Part shown: piece by piece, positions 48,208 through 58,317 of the stretch
Position numbering within the stretch: position 1 is the first letter of the stretch
Layout: every line of letters starts with the position of its first letter
Origin: Candidatus Woesearchaeota archaeon
GTDB taxonomy: Archaea > Nanobdellota > Nanobdellia > Woesearchaeales > ARS49
NCBI GenBank assembly: GCA_003599055.1
Contig: QZIM01000018.1
Span: 1,178 to 65,177, forward strand
DNA length: 64,000 bases
Direction: 5' to 3'
Made by a program: the position numbers and the translations under genes
The notes under the pieces: generated by a model
Seen by the model: only the letters and a program-made list of their open reading frames with translations
Database searches by the model: none
What the model was told of the DNA's origin: nothing

Positions 48208-48716
48208 TCGGTTTTTTTACGAATTGAGGCGGAAAAATCCGCAAGCCTTCGCAAGTACTGCGCATTCTCCCTTGCCCCCTCTTCATCAAAAGAGTCAAGA
48301 AGCAGCGCCGCATCACGCAAATACCCCTCATCAAAGAGCGGACCCTCGCTTACTATCCTGTCCAAAGACTCGTACATCCGAGCGCGGGCAGCATCCTTTC
48401 TTTTCTCCGCCAAAAGCCACGCGGAAGAAAAATCACCCCTTGCCTCATACTGCTGCAAACGCCCAACCTTTGCCCTTTTTTTCGGAAGAACTGCAAGCGC
48501 TGCCGCAACATCAACCGACCGCGCCCCTTCCCGCAACACGCGCGCAGCCTCATCAATATCAGTCTCTTCAAAAAACTCAAGCGCGACCTTTCGCAAATGC
48601 GGGGCATCCGAGTACCCCTTGCGCACACACTTTGCAATAAACGCCCGCCTGCCGTCACCGGAAAGCAAGCCGCCATACCGATGAAGAACACCTTCAATAT
48701 ACCGAGTCAGCATCAC
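48192..48716 (-). CDS. Hypothetical protein
   Basis: 174-aa helical ORF with its own TTTATATA promoter. Confidence 0.55.
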   Translation of the reverse strand: MMLTRYIEGVLHRYGGLLSGDGRRAFIAKCVRKGYSDAPHLRKVALEFFEETDIDEAARVLREGARSVDVAAALAVLPKKRAKVGRLQQYEARGDFSSAWLLAEKRKDAARARMYESLDRIVSEGPLFDEGYLRDAALLLDSFDEEGARENAQYLRRLADFSASIRKKTDYDFA

Positions 48717-48806
48717 CCTGCAAGACCCGCACCATTATATAAATTATATAGCTTTTTGGCTTTGCCCGACGAAAGGTACAAATAGGCCGGCACTTGCCGC
48801 ACCCCT

Positions 48807-49265
48807 ATGAAACTCACCGGCAATTTTGAACACGGCAAAGACATTCCCGCAACGCACACCTGCGATGGGGCAAACACCATTCCGCCCCTTCTCATCAGCG
48901 ACGTCCCGCCCGGAACAAAGACACTTGCGCTCATTATGGACGACCCGGACATTCCCGACTTTGTCAAGCAAAAAATGGGAATAGACATCTTTGACCACTG
49001 GATATTGTTCAACATCCCGCCAGGCACCAAAACACTCGGGCCAGGAAACACTCCCGGGACACACGGCAAAAACAGCCCGGGAAAAAACGAATACACCGGG
49101 CCCTGCCCGCCCGACCGCAAACACCGCTACTTCTTCAAACTCTATGCTCTTGACCGCTCGCTGCCCCTTGCGGAAGGCGCAACCAAAAAAGAAGTCATCT
49201 CGGCAATGAACGGGCACATCCTTGCACAAGCAGAACTGGTCGGGCTTTATGAGCGACAGCATTGA
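48807..49265 (+). CDS. YbhB/YbcL (PEBP/Raf kinase inhibitor-like) protein
   Basis: TCDG, LIMDDPD, FDHWILFNIP, YTGPCPP, HRYFFKLYALD. Confidence 0.93.
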   Translation: MKLTGNFEHGKDIPATHTCDGANTIPPLLISDVPPGTKTLALIMDDPDIPDFVKQKMGIDIFDHWILFNIPPGTKTLGPGNTPGTHGKNSPGKNEYTGPCPPDRKHRYFFKLYALDRSLPLAEGATKKEVISAMNGHILAQAELVGLYERQH

Positions 49266-49611
49266 ATGCACGGTTGAAAACCTCACCAACGCAACCCTTG
49301 CCTCCTCCGGAAAAAAGATACCTTTTCACATCGGAGATGCGGTCCGCACAAATGCCCGCTGGACTAAACTTGCTCTCGAACACCCCTTTTTAGAACAAGA
49401 CCTTGGCGGATTGCACACCATCCGCGCAATCCAAAAAATAACCTATCACCTACCCTACGGAAAACACACCGCAGTTTACGCAATACTTGACAATAAACGG
49501 GAAATCTCGCTTGCATACCTTCAGCACGCAAGGCCCGCACGCGCAAAAAATCATTCAAGCAAAGAGCACAGCCGCGCCGACCAGTACGCCAGCCTGTCAA
49601 CCACTTCCTGA
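49249..49611 (+). CDS. Hypothetical protein
   Basis: Overlaps the stop of the upstream gene; strand-typical composition. Confidence 0.45.
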   Translation: MSDSIECTVENLTNATLASSGKKIPFHIGDAVRTNARWTKLALEHPFLEQDLGGLHTIRAIQKITYHLPYGKHTAVYAILDNKREISLAYLQHARPARAKNHSSKEHSRADQYASLSTTS

Positions 49612-50036
49612 CTTGCGTACTCCCTTCGCCGCGCATCTTCCGCTTCCGCATAGGTCAGCACTTCTGAATCAACCCGCTGCAAACACGCCGCATCCCCAAA
49701 CAGCAAATACGTGAACTCGTGCAACGGCTCCGTATTGCGCACCCTGCCAAGATAAACCCCGCACAGCCCGTCAACATCAAAAACACGATACCCCACCGCA
49801 ATCCCAATCTCGCTCCCGTTCATTCCCACCGCAGCACCCACTGACTTCCAATACACCGCGCGCGAAAAATCATCCGTTCGCGCGCCAATCTCATCATCAG
49901 TGAAGTCTTCCAAGCAGAGCAATCGAACCCTGCCCCGCACCCGTTCACCACCCTCGTGCATTCGCGCCCAACGCGACGCGCCATCACCCGCCAACCTGCG
50001 CACATAATAGTCAACCCAGTCCATACCCTCGCGCAT
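49551..50036 (-). CDS. Hypothetical protein
   Basis: Fills the gap; G/T-rich codons typical of minus-strand genes here. Confidence 0.5.
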   Translation of the reverse strand: MREGMDWVDYYVRRLAGDGASRWARMHEGGERVRGRVRLLCLEDFTDDEIGARTDDFSRAVYWKSVGAAVGMNGSEIGIAVGYRVFDVDGLCGVYLGRVRNTEPLHEFTYLLFGDAACLQRVDSEVLTYAEAEDARRREYASQEVVDRLAYWSARLCSLLE

Positions 50037-50168
50037 TACGCATCGGAGCAGATAAAGATTCTTGTTCGATTTTAGGCACAACTTATGCTTTTTATTAGCT
50101 TAAGTAATAGCTATTTTAAGCATAATCTTTAAATAGTATGAATAGCCCGCAGCATCCGAGAGTGTGTT

Positions 50169-50414
50169 GTGAGCAGAAAACATCGCAAAACCTACCGTGA
50201 GATACGCCAGTTAATACTGGACGCGTTCGATTCAGGTGAGCGCACGGTCAACGACATCGCCCAAACAACCGGCCTCACCTGGCGAACCGTCAACTTACAC
50301 CTCATCTACCTTCTCGGCACGCAAAAAATCGAGCCCGTCTTTATCTCATCCTACGTCAAAATTTACCGCAAAAAAACAGAGCCGGCAAAAACCATCAGCG
50401 GAGGCAGACGATGA
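50169..50414 (+). CDS. Small winged-HTH transcriptional regulator heading the carbohydrate operon
   Basis: IRQLIL.....TVNDIAQTTGLTWRTV..HL..L.G..KIE.V...YVKIY. Confidence 0.8.
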   Translation: MSRKHRKTYREIRQLILDAFDSGERTVNDIAQTTGLTWRTVNLHLIYLLGTQKIEPVFISSYVKIYRKKTEPAKTISGGRR

Positions 50415-51634
50415 AAAAGCCAAAAGTGCTGATGCTCGGATGGGAATTCCCCCCGTACAAGTCCGGCGGCCTTGGCACTGCCTGCTACGACCTCACCAAA
50501 GGGCTTGCCAAACTCGGAACCCGCGTCACGTTCGTTATGCCCTTTGCGCCAACCGGAGCGCGCGCAGAATACGTGAACCTCCTTGGCGCGGCAAAACTGC
50601 TCAAGAATGTCAAAATCAAAACAATAACGAGCACCCTTCGCGCGTACCACACCAGCACGACCTACGCCCAAACACTTGCCGAAACCCACGTCTCACTTAC
50701 CGGAACGGCGGGCGCAGTCTACGGCAAAAACCTCTACGAAGAAGTCCAGCGCTACACGCACGTTGCGCAGGAACTCAAAAACCGCACATTTGACGTGATT
50801 CACGCGCACGACTGGATGACCTACCCTGCAGGCCTTGCACTCAAGAAAAAAACAAAAAAACCGCTCATCGTCCACCTGCACGCAACCGAATTCGACCGAA
50901 CTGCAGGAAACCCCGACCCGCGCATCAGCCACATCGAATACGAAGGCCTTTGCGGGGCAGACCACATCATCACCAACTCACACTTCAGCAAGCAAAACAT
51001 CCTCAAACACTACGCAATCCCCGAAAACAAAATCGAAGTCGTCCACTGGGGAATCGATGACGAGCACATCCCGTCCCCAACGGAAAAAACCCTGCCGCAC
51101 CACAGCGTCCTCTTCCTTGGCAGAGTGACCGTCCAAAAGGGCCCTGATTACTTTGTTGAAGCGGCAAAACACGTCCTTGCATTTGAGCCAAACACCAAAT
51201 TCATCGTCGTCGGCGACGGCGATATGCTGCCCCGCATCATCAACCGCACGTGCGAACTTGGCATAGCCGACAAGTTCATCTTCACCGGAGCACTCAAGGG
51301 CGCAGACGTTCACCGCGCATTCCAAAACGCAAGCGTCTACGTCATGCCCTCAGTTTCAGAGCCGTTCGGCCTTGTCGCCCTTGAAGCAATCAAGAACGGA
51401 ACACCCGTCATCCTCAGCAAAACCAGCGGCGTCTCCGAAGTTGTCAGCCACGCCCTCAAGGCAGACTTCTGGGACACCAAGAGCCTTGCCGAAAAAATCG
51501 TCTCCGTCTTACGCCACGCCCCCTTGCGCGAAGAACTCCGCAAGAACAGCCTTACCGAATCAAAACAATTCACCCTCATTGAGCCCGCACGCAAAGTCCT
51601 TGACGCGTACCGCAGATTAACGGGAAAACATTAA
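50411..51634 (+). CDS. GT4 glycosyltransferase (glycogen synthase-like)
   Basis: GWEFPP..SGGLG, HAHDWMT, HATEFDR, GRVT.QKGP, PSVSEPFGL.ALEA; precedes GH57. Confidence 0.9.
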   Translation: MKKPKVLMLGWEFPPYKSGGLGTACYDLTKGLAKLGTRVTFVMPFAPTGARAEYVNLLGAAKLLKNVKIKTITSTLRAYHTSTTYAQTLAETHVSLTGTAGAVYGKNLYEEVQRYTHVAQELKNRTFDVIHAHDWMTYPAGLALKKKTKKPLIVHLHATEFDRTAGNPDPRISHIEYEGLCGADHIITNSHFSKQNILKHYAIPENKIEVVHWGIDDEHIPSPTEKTLPHHSVLFLGRVTVQKGPDYFVEAAKHVLAFEPNTKFIVVGDGDMLPRIINRTCELGIADKFIFTGALKGADVHRAFQNASVYVMPSVSEPFGLVALEAIKNGTPVILSKTSGVSEVVSHALKADFWDTKSLAEKIVSVLRHAPLREELRKNSLTESKQFTLIEPARKVLDAYRRLTGKH

Positions 51635-51677
51635 AAAGACACAAGCCTATGCACACACAAAAAAGGGGAGAATCGGA

Positions 51678-52895
51678 ATGACCAACATTTGTCTCTATTT
51701 TCAAGTCCACCAGCCATACCGCATTAAACAGTACCCTTTGTTTGACATCGGCAAGCACGCACCGTACTTTGACGAACACAAAAATGCGGAAATCATGCGC
51801 AAAGTCGCACGCAAATGCTATGTGCCGACAACACAACTCCTCCTTGACCTCATCCACAAGCATCCCTCCTTTTGCTGCAGCTTTTCCATCACCGGAACCG
51901 CCCTTGAACAATTCGAAAAATACAGCCCGGAAGTCCTCGAACAATTCGAAAAGCTTGCCGCAACCGGGCGCGTCGAGTTCCTCTCCGAAACCTACCACCA
52001 CTCCCTTTCCTTCCTGTATGACGCAGAAGAATTCGACCATCAGATTGCCCTCCACAAAAAAGCAATGAAAATGCACTTCGGCGCAAAACCGACCGTGTTC
52101 CGCAACACGGAACTCATCTACCACAACGCCCTTGCCGCGCATTTGGAAAAGGCAGGATATGCCGCAGTCCTTGCCGAAGGATGGGACGGATTCTTAGGCT
52201 GGCGCTCCCCTGACTACGTATACAAAGCAGCAGGCACGAAAAACGTGAAGCTGCTCCTTAAGAACTACCGGCTCTCCGATGACATCGCATTCCGGTTCGG
52301 CAACAAAAGCTGGAACGGCTACCCCCTCACCGCAGACAAGTATGCAGGATGGATAGCCCCTGTTATGGGCGACAGCATCAACCTCTTTATGGACTTTGAA
52401 ACCTTCGGAGAACACCAATGGGAAGACACCGGAATTTTTGAATTTATGAAACACCTTCCGTTCGCCCTTGACCGCCACAACATCGGATTTCACCTGCCAA
52501 GCGACGCTGCCTGCGCAGAGCCCAAGGACGAACTCGACATCCACCACCCCATCAGCTGGGCAGACACAGAGCGCGACACCAGCGCCTGGCTTGGCAACCA
52601 GATGCAAACCAGCGCCATTGCAAAACTCTACCGGCTCAAAAAAGACGTCCTTGCAACCAAGAATGCGCACATTATTGACTCCTGGAGAAAACTCACCACC
52701 TCCGACCACTTCTATTATATGTGCACCAAGTGGTTCTCCGACGGCGACGTGCACAAATACTTCAACCCCCACAATTCACCCTACGAAGCATACATCAGCT
52801 TCATGAACGTGATTTCCGACCTTGAAATCGCGGCCAAGAAAAAGAATCCCGGCATGTTCACCAAACTTGCAAAACTCCTTGAGGTGAGCGCATGA
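51678..52895 (+). CDS. Glycoside hydrolase family 57 alpha-amylase
   Basis: YFQVHQP, ETYHHSL, FRNTELIY, LSDDIAFRF, MDFETFGEH, SWAD.ERD.SAW, TSDHFYYM. Confidence 0.95.
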   Translation: MTNICLYFQVHQPYRIKQYPLFDIGKHAPYFDEHKNAEIMRKVARKCYVPTTQLLLDLIHKHPSFCCSFSITGTALEQFEKYSPEVLEQFEKLAATGRVEFLSETYHHSLSFLYDAEEFDHQIALHKKAMKMHFGAKPTVFRNTELIYHNALAAHLEKAGYAAVLAEGWDGFLGWRSPDYVYKAAGTKNVKLLLKNYRLSDDIAFRFGNKSWNGYPLTADKYAGWIAPVMGDSINLFMDFETFGEHQWEDTGIFEFMKHLPFALDRHNIGFHLPSDAACAEPKDELDIHHPISWADTERDTSAWLGNQMQTSAIAKLYRLKKDVLATKNAHIIDSWRKLTTSDHFYYMCTKWFSDGDVHKYFNPHNSPYEAYISFMNVISDLEIAAKKKNPGMFTKLAKLLEVSA

Positions 52896-53236
52896 AAAAG
52901 AAAACAGGCAAAAAAACAACAACCCAAAAACCGCGCGTGAACGTGACCGTCACAACCAAACTCCTCGGCAGGGCTCCCGAGACAAAAACGTTTGTTCTTC
53001 ACGACGGGCGCAAAATAAAAAACGTCCTTGAACTTGTTGACGAACTTGAAACCATGACTGAAGAAAACTTCCGCACATTCGTGAACGAAACGGAAAACCA
53101 CTTCGCGAACTGGATAGAACACGTCTTTGACACCAAAGACCTCGCGGAAGAAATGCGCACAATCCACAACCGCATCGACACCCAGCGCGCAATCCTCAAA
53201 AAACTCGTCCGCGAGCTCGTCTCGGCAAAACAATGA
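52892..53236 (+). CDS. DUF5752-like small domain protein
   Basis: FVLHDGRKIKNVLELVDELETM....F...VN...NHFANWIEHVF..KDLA. Confidence 0.7.
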   Translation: MKKKTGKKTTTQKPRVNVTVTTKLLGRAPETKTFVLHDGRKIKNVLELVDELETMTEENFRTFVNETENHFANWIEHVFDTKDLAEEMRTIHNRIDTQRAILKKLVRELVSAKQ

Positions 53237-53775
53237 ACATCAACATCAAGGCAAAACACCCATTCTGGCTCAAGGGAGGGAAACCGCTCCACACCCTGCG
53301 GGACCTGCACGACGAACTCAAAATCATGCCCCGCGACATCTTTGACCATCACGTGAACGCGCACAAAAACGACTTTGCCGCCTGGACAAAACACAGCATC
53401 GGACACGAACGCCTTGCGCAAAAACTCGAACAGGCAAAAAGCCCGCGCGAACACGAAATGCACCTCCGTGACGCCCTTTTCCCGCAGAACGAAAAAAATG
53501 CGCCTGAGCAAAAGAAAACACCCCCTCAACCAGCCATCATTCATTCTGAAAACAAAACCCCCCTCATTGTAAGCACGCCGCGACAAGTTCACGTGAGCAA
53601 TGAGCGCAGCCGCCTGCGGCTCACCCACGCACACGAACGCATCCACAGCGAAAACAAAACACGGCTTCACCTGCGCGAGCCGCACGAAAAACACCCAAGC
53701 ACACTCCTTGCTGCAAGCTACGTTGCCCTTGGCATTGTTTCAGGATGCGCCCTTACCATCCTTTTCCTCCTATGA
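53233..53775 (+). CDS. DUF5752-like domain protein with His-rich linker and C-terminal TM
   Basis: FWLKGGKPLHTLRDLHDEL..M....F.HHVN..KNDFAAW....GHERLA; terminal hydrophobic helix. Confidence 0.7.
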   Translation: MNINIKAKHPFWLKGGKPLHTLRDLHDELKIMPRDIFDHHVNAHKNDFAAWTKHSIGHERLAQKLEQAKSPREHEMHLRDALFPQNEKNAPEQKKTPPQPAIIHSENKTPLIVSTPRQVHVSNERSRLRLTHAHERIHSENKTRLHLREPHEKHPSTLLAASYVALGIVSGCALTILFLL

Positions 53776-54737
53776 AATACGACGTTATTACACTCGGAAG
53801 CATCAGCACGGACATCTTTATGGTCACCCATAGCCCGCGCATTGAACTCATCCGCCTCCACGGCCACGAAGATTTGGGAATACCGGTCGGCGGAAAACTC
53901 CTCGTCGATGAAACGCACACCGCAATCGGAGGAGGAGGGGCAAACTGCGCCGTCAACTTCAGCACCCTTGGCTTTAAGACCGGCTATTTGGGCAAATGCG
54001 GAGCGGACGCGCGCGGCGACCAATTGCTTGCAGAATTGAAACGCGAAAAGGTCGCATTCCTTGGACCTCGCGCAGGAGAGACCGGGCTCTCCTGCATCCT
54101 GTCCGGAATCAAGAATCGGACAATTTTCTCCTATCGCGGAACCAACAATGACCTGCACGCACGCGAAGTCCCGTGGAAAAAACTGCGCGCGCGCTGGCTC
54201 TACCTCGGAAGCTTCCTTGGCGAGAGCTGGAAAACATCCCTTAAAATTGCAGACTATGCGCGGCAAAACAACACTCCCCTCAGCTGGAATCCCTCCATTT
54301 ACCTGTGCGAAATGGGCGCAAAAAAACTGAAACCGGTCCTGGACGCGTGCAGCATATTGATTCTGAACAAAGAAGAGGCGCAGGCCCTTAGCGGAACCAA
54401 AAAAGAAACCGCATCCCTTTTGCGAGAACTGCACAAACTCGTCCCGCTTGTCGTGATTACAGACGGCCCAAACGGCGCCGACTCGTATGACGGCAAAGAA
54501 CACTGGCACATCACGCCAAAAGATGTTCCTGTTGTCGAGCCCACCGGCGCAGGAGACAGCTTTGCCTCAACGTTTGTTGCGGCACAACTCCTCGGCCTCG
54601 ACGTTCCGACCTCACTACAATGGGGTGCAGCACAGGCAAACTCCGTCATCCGGCAGTTTGGGGCGACACACGACCTGCTGACCCGAAAAGAAATAGAAAA
54701 AGCGGCAAAAACATCAGGAACGCTCAGGCGCGTTTAG
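53772..54737 (+). CDS. PfkB/ribokinase family carbohydrate kinase
   Basis: GGGGAN.A, G.D..G, LNKEEA, ITDG.NG, EPTGAGDSF. Confidence 0.93.
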   Translation: MKYDVITLGSISTDIFMVTHSPRIELIRLHGHEDLGIPVGGKLLVDETHTAIGGGGANCAVNFSTLGFKTGYLGKCGADARGDQLLAELKREKVAFLGPRAGETGLSCILSGIKNRTIFSYRGTNNDLHAREVPWKKLRARWLYLGSFLGESWKTSLKIADYARQNNTPLSWNPSIYLCEMGAKKLKPVLDACSILILNKEEAQALSGTKKETASLLRELHKLVPLVVITDGPNGADSYDGKEHWHITPKDVPVVEPTGAGDSFASTFVAAQLLGLDVPTSLQWGAAQANSVIRQFGATHDLLTRKEIEKAAKTSGTLRRV

Positions 54738-55521
54738 TTAAATTATCAACAATTTGCCTTCGCAAACCGTCAATTTGCACCCGCGAAACTTCCCTTGCGC
54801 CATACAACAACTGCACGAGCTCCTCCGCAGGACGCCTGCCCTCCCGCCCGTGCGCGACCCGCAGATTGTCTATGATAAGCAAGTCACCTTGCTGCAGGAC
54901 AAACGATTTCTCGCGCTCACTCAGGACGATGCCGTGCTTTCGGAAAAATGCACGCTCGTTCACCCTGCCGTCCTGAACATTACCATTTTCATCCTGATTG
55001 AACCACTCCGCAATCCGGTGCTCACGCATATAGGACAACTCACTTTTTCCCGCCGCGGCATCGAGCAGTTGTCCTGCACACAAGATACGGCCGCTGTTAT
55101 GGCCGTTCCAGCCCGCACCATACTTTTTCACGTAATTGGTGAGCGCTTCCTCAACAGCACGCCCTGCAAGAAGACCGTCAATCGGAAGCAACCGGGTCTT
55201 CACCTCGCTTGCGGTTTCATTTTTTGGAATATGCAGGCAAAGAAGCGCGTGTACCCGTGTAGTTTCTTCAACCGGGATAACAGGCAGTCCCATCTCGAAA
55301 TGGAGCGAGAGATGGCCCGTCTCAACCGCATCCTGACAGGACTTGTGCGGAACCCGCGCCACATTGTCAAGAGCAACACCTTGCCCAAACGGCCACGCAG
55401 TTCGCACTTCCTCCAAAAACAAACCACACACTTCCTCTGCACCTGAAACATTCCTCAAAAGGACAAAACCGTCACGCAAAAAATCAGCCGGCGCAGATGT
55501 AGGGAAAATACTCCGCTGCAT
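54724..55521 (-). CDS. TauD/TfdA-like Fe(II)/2-oxoglutarate dioxygenase
   Basis: DGFVLLRN, LHFEMG (HxE), GDLLIIDNLRVAHGR. Confidence 0.7.
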   Translation of the reverse strand: MQRSIFPTSAPADFLRDGFVLLRNVSGAEEVCGLFLEEVRTAWPFGQGVALDNVARVPHKSCQDAVETGHLSLHFEMGLPVIPVEETTRVHALLCLHIPKNETASEVKTRLLPIDGLLAGRAVEEALTNYVKKYGAGWNGHNSGRILCAGQLLDAAAGKSELSYMREHRIAEWFNQDENGNVQDGRVNERAFFRKHGIVLSEREKSFVLQQGDLLIIDNLRVAHGREGRRPAEELVQLLYGAREVSRVQIDGLRRQIVDNLTKRA

Positions 55522-55605
55522 AGTTTTTGCGCAGTTCTTCCCGTTAAATAATTTGCCCTCAGGTTTAAATACTCCCTTGCATAAACACCCTCAAAAAGGG
55601 GAACC

Positions 55606-56517
55606 ATGCTCGTACCGCTTCACAAAATACTTGCAAAAGCGCACAAAGAAAACTACGCAGTCGGCGCGTTCAATATCAACAATATGGAAATCTGCCAGGC
55701 AGTTGTCGGCGCCGCAGTCGCGGAAAAATCCCCAGTCATCCTGCAAACCAGCGAAGGTGCGCTGAAATACGCAGGAATTGACTATTTGAAAGCGCTTGCA
55801 ACCGTTGCCGCGATGAATAAAGTGCCCGTCACACTCCACGTTGACCACGGGCGCGACCTTAACCTGATTCGTTCCTGCATTAAAGCAGGCTGGACCGGAA
55901 TCATGTACGACGGGTCGCACTTGCCCCTTGATGAAAACATCAAAAACACAAAAAAAGTCGTGCAGTGGGCGCACAAAAAAGGCATCGGCGTTGAAGGAGA
56001 ACTCGGCACCATCGGCGGCGCGGAAGAGCAAATCATCGCGCGCAAAATCATCTACACAGACCCCGACGCCGCGGCAGAGTTTGTGGAAAAGACCGGAGTT
56101 GACGCGCTTGCAATCGCGATTGGCACATCCCACGGCGCGTACAAATTCGAAGGAAGCGGACGCCTTGACATACACTTGCTCAAAACGATTAAGGACAAAC
56201 TGAAGATGCCCATCGTCCTTCACGGCGCAAGCGGGGTTCCCGCATCACTTGTCACCATGGCCGCGCGCTTTGGCGCGGAACTCGGAAAGCCCGAAGGAGT
56301 CCCCGACGACCAAATCGCACTTGCCGTCAAAAACGGCGTCAACAAAATCAACACGGACACTGACCTGCGACTCGCATTTGACGCGGCTGTCCGCAAAGTC
56401 ATCAAGGAAAGGCCCGAAGAATTCGACCCGCGGCACATCCTTGGTCCCGCGCGCGACCTTATGCAGCACATCGTACAGCATCGAATGAAACTCTTTGGCA
56501 GTTCAGGAAAAGCTTAA
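55606..56517 (+). CDS. fba: Class II fructose-bisphosphate aldolase
   Basis: YAVGAFN, HVDHG, MYDGS, VEGELG, GTSHGAYK, VLHGASG, KINTDTD. Confidence 0.96.
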   Translation: MLVPLHKILAKAHKENYAVGAFNINNMEICQAVVGAAVAEKSPVILQTSEGALKYAGIDYLKALATVAAMNKVPVTLHVDHGRDLNLIRSCIKAGWTGIMYDGSHLPLDENIKNTKKVVQWAHKKGIGVEGELGTIGGAEEQIIARKIIYTDPDAAAEFVEKTGVDALAIAIGTSHGAYKFEGSGRLDIHLLKTIKDKLKMPIVLHGASGVPASLVTMAARFGAELGKPEGVPDDQIALAVKNGVNKINTDTDLRLAFDAAVRKVIKERPEEFDPRHILGPARDLMQHIVQHRMKLFGSSGKA

Positions 56518-56542
56518 ATAGTCATTTACCACCTTTACCACT

Positions 56543-56773
56543 ATGACCACTCTTAAAACCATCAAAATCAGCGAAGAAAACTACAAATGGCTTGTCCGCT
56601 ACGCAGGCAGGCTTCAGGAAAAAACGGGCGAGCCCGTATCTCTTGACAAAGCGCTTTCCAAACTCCGCCCGCAGGACCTTCACGCATACGCAGGATTCTG
56701 GAAAGAGTACGACGATAAAAAGCTCAAACAAATACTGAAAAGAGGCTGGAAATGGGAAATCCCGTCATTTTAG
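56543..56773 (+). CDS. Putative VapB-type antitoxin
   Basis: KTIKISEENY.WL RHH-like start; LHAYAGFW; overlaps the PIN gene. Confidence 0.75.
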   Translation: MTTLKTIKISEENYKWLVRYAGRLQEKTGEPVSLDKALSKLRPQDLHAYAGFWKEYDDKKLKQILKRGWKWEIPSF

Positions 56774-57147
56774 ACACGGACGTCATTATCGAATACATAA
56801 AGGGAAACGAGCAGGCCGTGCGATTCATCACGGAAAACGAGGGCGACACTGTTTTTGGAACCACTGCAATCAACACATTTGAACTCTATCTTGGCGCACA
56901 ACACTCCCCCTACAAAGACAAACAACTCCCGAAACTTGATGAATTTATCAGCCAACTCCTCGTACTCCCCCTCACTCTCTCCGCATCAAAACGGGCGGCA
57001 AAAATCCAAGGGGAACTCCAAAGAAAAGGAAATTCCCTTGACTTCAAGGACCTTCTCATCGGTGCGCTTGCCATTGAAGAAGGATTTGCGCTCAAAACCA
57101 ACAACAGAAAACATTTTGAGAGAATCCCCGGACTCACCCTCATATGA
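56752..57147 (+). CDS. vapC: PIN-domain toxin VapC
   Basis: ILDTDVII, FELY.G, DLLIGA.A, T.N.KHFERIPGL. Confidence 0.92.
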   Translation: MGNPVILDTDVIIEYIKGNEQAVRFITENEGDTVFGTTAINTFELYLGAQHSPYKDKQLPKLDEFISQLLVLPLTLSASKRAAKIQGELQRKGNSLDFKDLLIGALAIEEGFALKTNNRKHFERIPGLTLI

Positions 57148-57458
57148 AACCCATCATCACGTACATCACCTGTAAAGACAGGAAAGAAGCAGACCGCATA
57201 GGCCGTGCGCTCGTCAAGGAAAAACTGGCCAGTTGCGCAAACATCATTCCCGCAGCCGAATCAATCTACTTTTGGAACGGCAAAATTCAAAAAGACCGCG
57301 AAAGCATCATTCTTGCAAAAACATTTGATGTTCAGTTCAGGGCACTTGAACAACGGGTCAAAACGCTGCACTCATACACTACCCCCTGCATCATCGCGCT
57401 TCCCGTGAGCTCCTCAAACAAAAAATACCTTGCGTGGAGCGCGGAGCAACTCTTATGA
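57144..57458 (+). CDS. cutA: Divalent cation tolerance protein CutA
   Basis: LVKEKLASCANI, SIYFW.GK, KT, HSYTTPCII, YL.W. Confidence 0.93.
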   Translation: MKPIITYITCKDRKEADRIGRALVKEKLASCANIIPAAESIYFWNGKIQKDRESIILAKTFDVQFRALEQRVKTLHSYTTPCIIALPVSSSNKKYLAWSAEQLL

Positions 57459-57889
57459 GCTTTAGCAGAACTTTTGGCTTTGCCATCCATTCAAGCCTTA
57501 TCGGCACCCTTATCGTCGCGCCCTCATTTATGCCCGCACCGCCCTATATGCTCCTTATTTTGGCCCTTGTCTCCGGCTTCTCCCTCATCGCATTTTTCGC
57601 ACCCCACCGGCTTGAAGAACGATACGAAATCGTCAGCTTTGTATTCGTCCTTGCATCAGTCATCCAAATCATCCTTGGCGCCCTTGCCCAACTCGGACCA
57701 TTCCTTCCCCGCAACATTATTCTGGAACTTGGCGTCTTGTTCCTTGGACTATTCACCCCGCTCTTTGCACTCTCGCGCATCACCGACGAGCCGCTCCCCT
57801 TCAAGCCACTCACGTGGAACCTTGCAAGCCTCGCCCTCTTTTACGCAATGGTCCAAGCAGCATACCTCATCACCGGAGGCATTGCATGA
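57455..57889 (+). CDS. Membrane protein, unknown function
   Basis: About five TM helices; ATGA-coupled on both sides. Confidence 0.65.
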   Translation: MSFSRTFGFAIHSSLIGTLIVAPSFMPAPPYMLLILALVSGFSLIAFFAPHRLEERYEIVSFVFVLASVIQIILGALAQLGPFLPRNIILELGVLFLGLFTPLFALSRITDEPLPFKPLTWNLASLALFYAMVQAAYLITGGIA

Positions 57890-58317
57890 TTGTCCACCTC
57901 GGCGCGGACCACGCAGGATTCACACTCAAAGAATTTTTGAAGAAAAAACTGGCCAAAAAGGGATACACCGTTACCGACCACGGCGCGCACACACTTATCA
58001 AAACAGACGATTATCCCGACTATGCGGCAAAAGTTGCCCGCGCAGTGCAAAAAAAAGGCACAGGGATTTTGATTTGCGGCTCGGCAGAAGGAATCTGCAT
58101 CGCTGCAAACAAGTTCAAAAAAATCAGGGCAACACCTGTTTGGACACTTGAAAACGCAAAGTTAAGCAGACAACACAACGACGCAAACATCCTTTGCCTC
58201 TCCGGCAGGCAACTCTCGACCAAAAAAGCCGAAAAAATCACGCTCACCTGGCTCACCACACCCTTTTCCGGTGCCAAAAGACATAAAAGGCGCATTGCCA
58301 AACTCAACACGCTATGA
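57886..58317 (+). CDS. rpiB: Ribose-5-phosphate isomerase B
   Basis: GADHAG, DDYPD, GILICGS, AANK, HNDANILCL, RH.RRI. Confidence 0.95.
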   Translation: MIVHLGADHAGFTLKEFLKKKLAKKGYTVTDHGAHTLIKTDDYPDYAAKVARAVQKKGTGILICGSAEGICIAANKFKKIRATPVWTLENAKLSRQHNDANILCLSGRQLSTKKAEKITLTWLTTPFSGAKRHKRRIAKLNTL

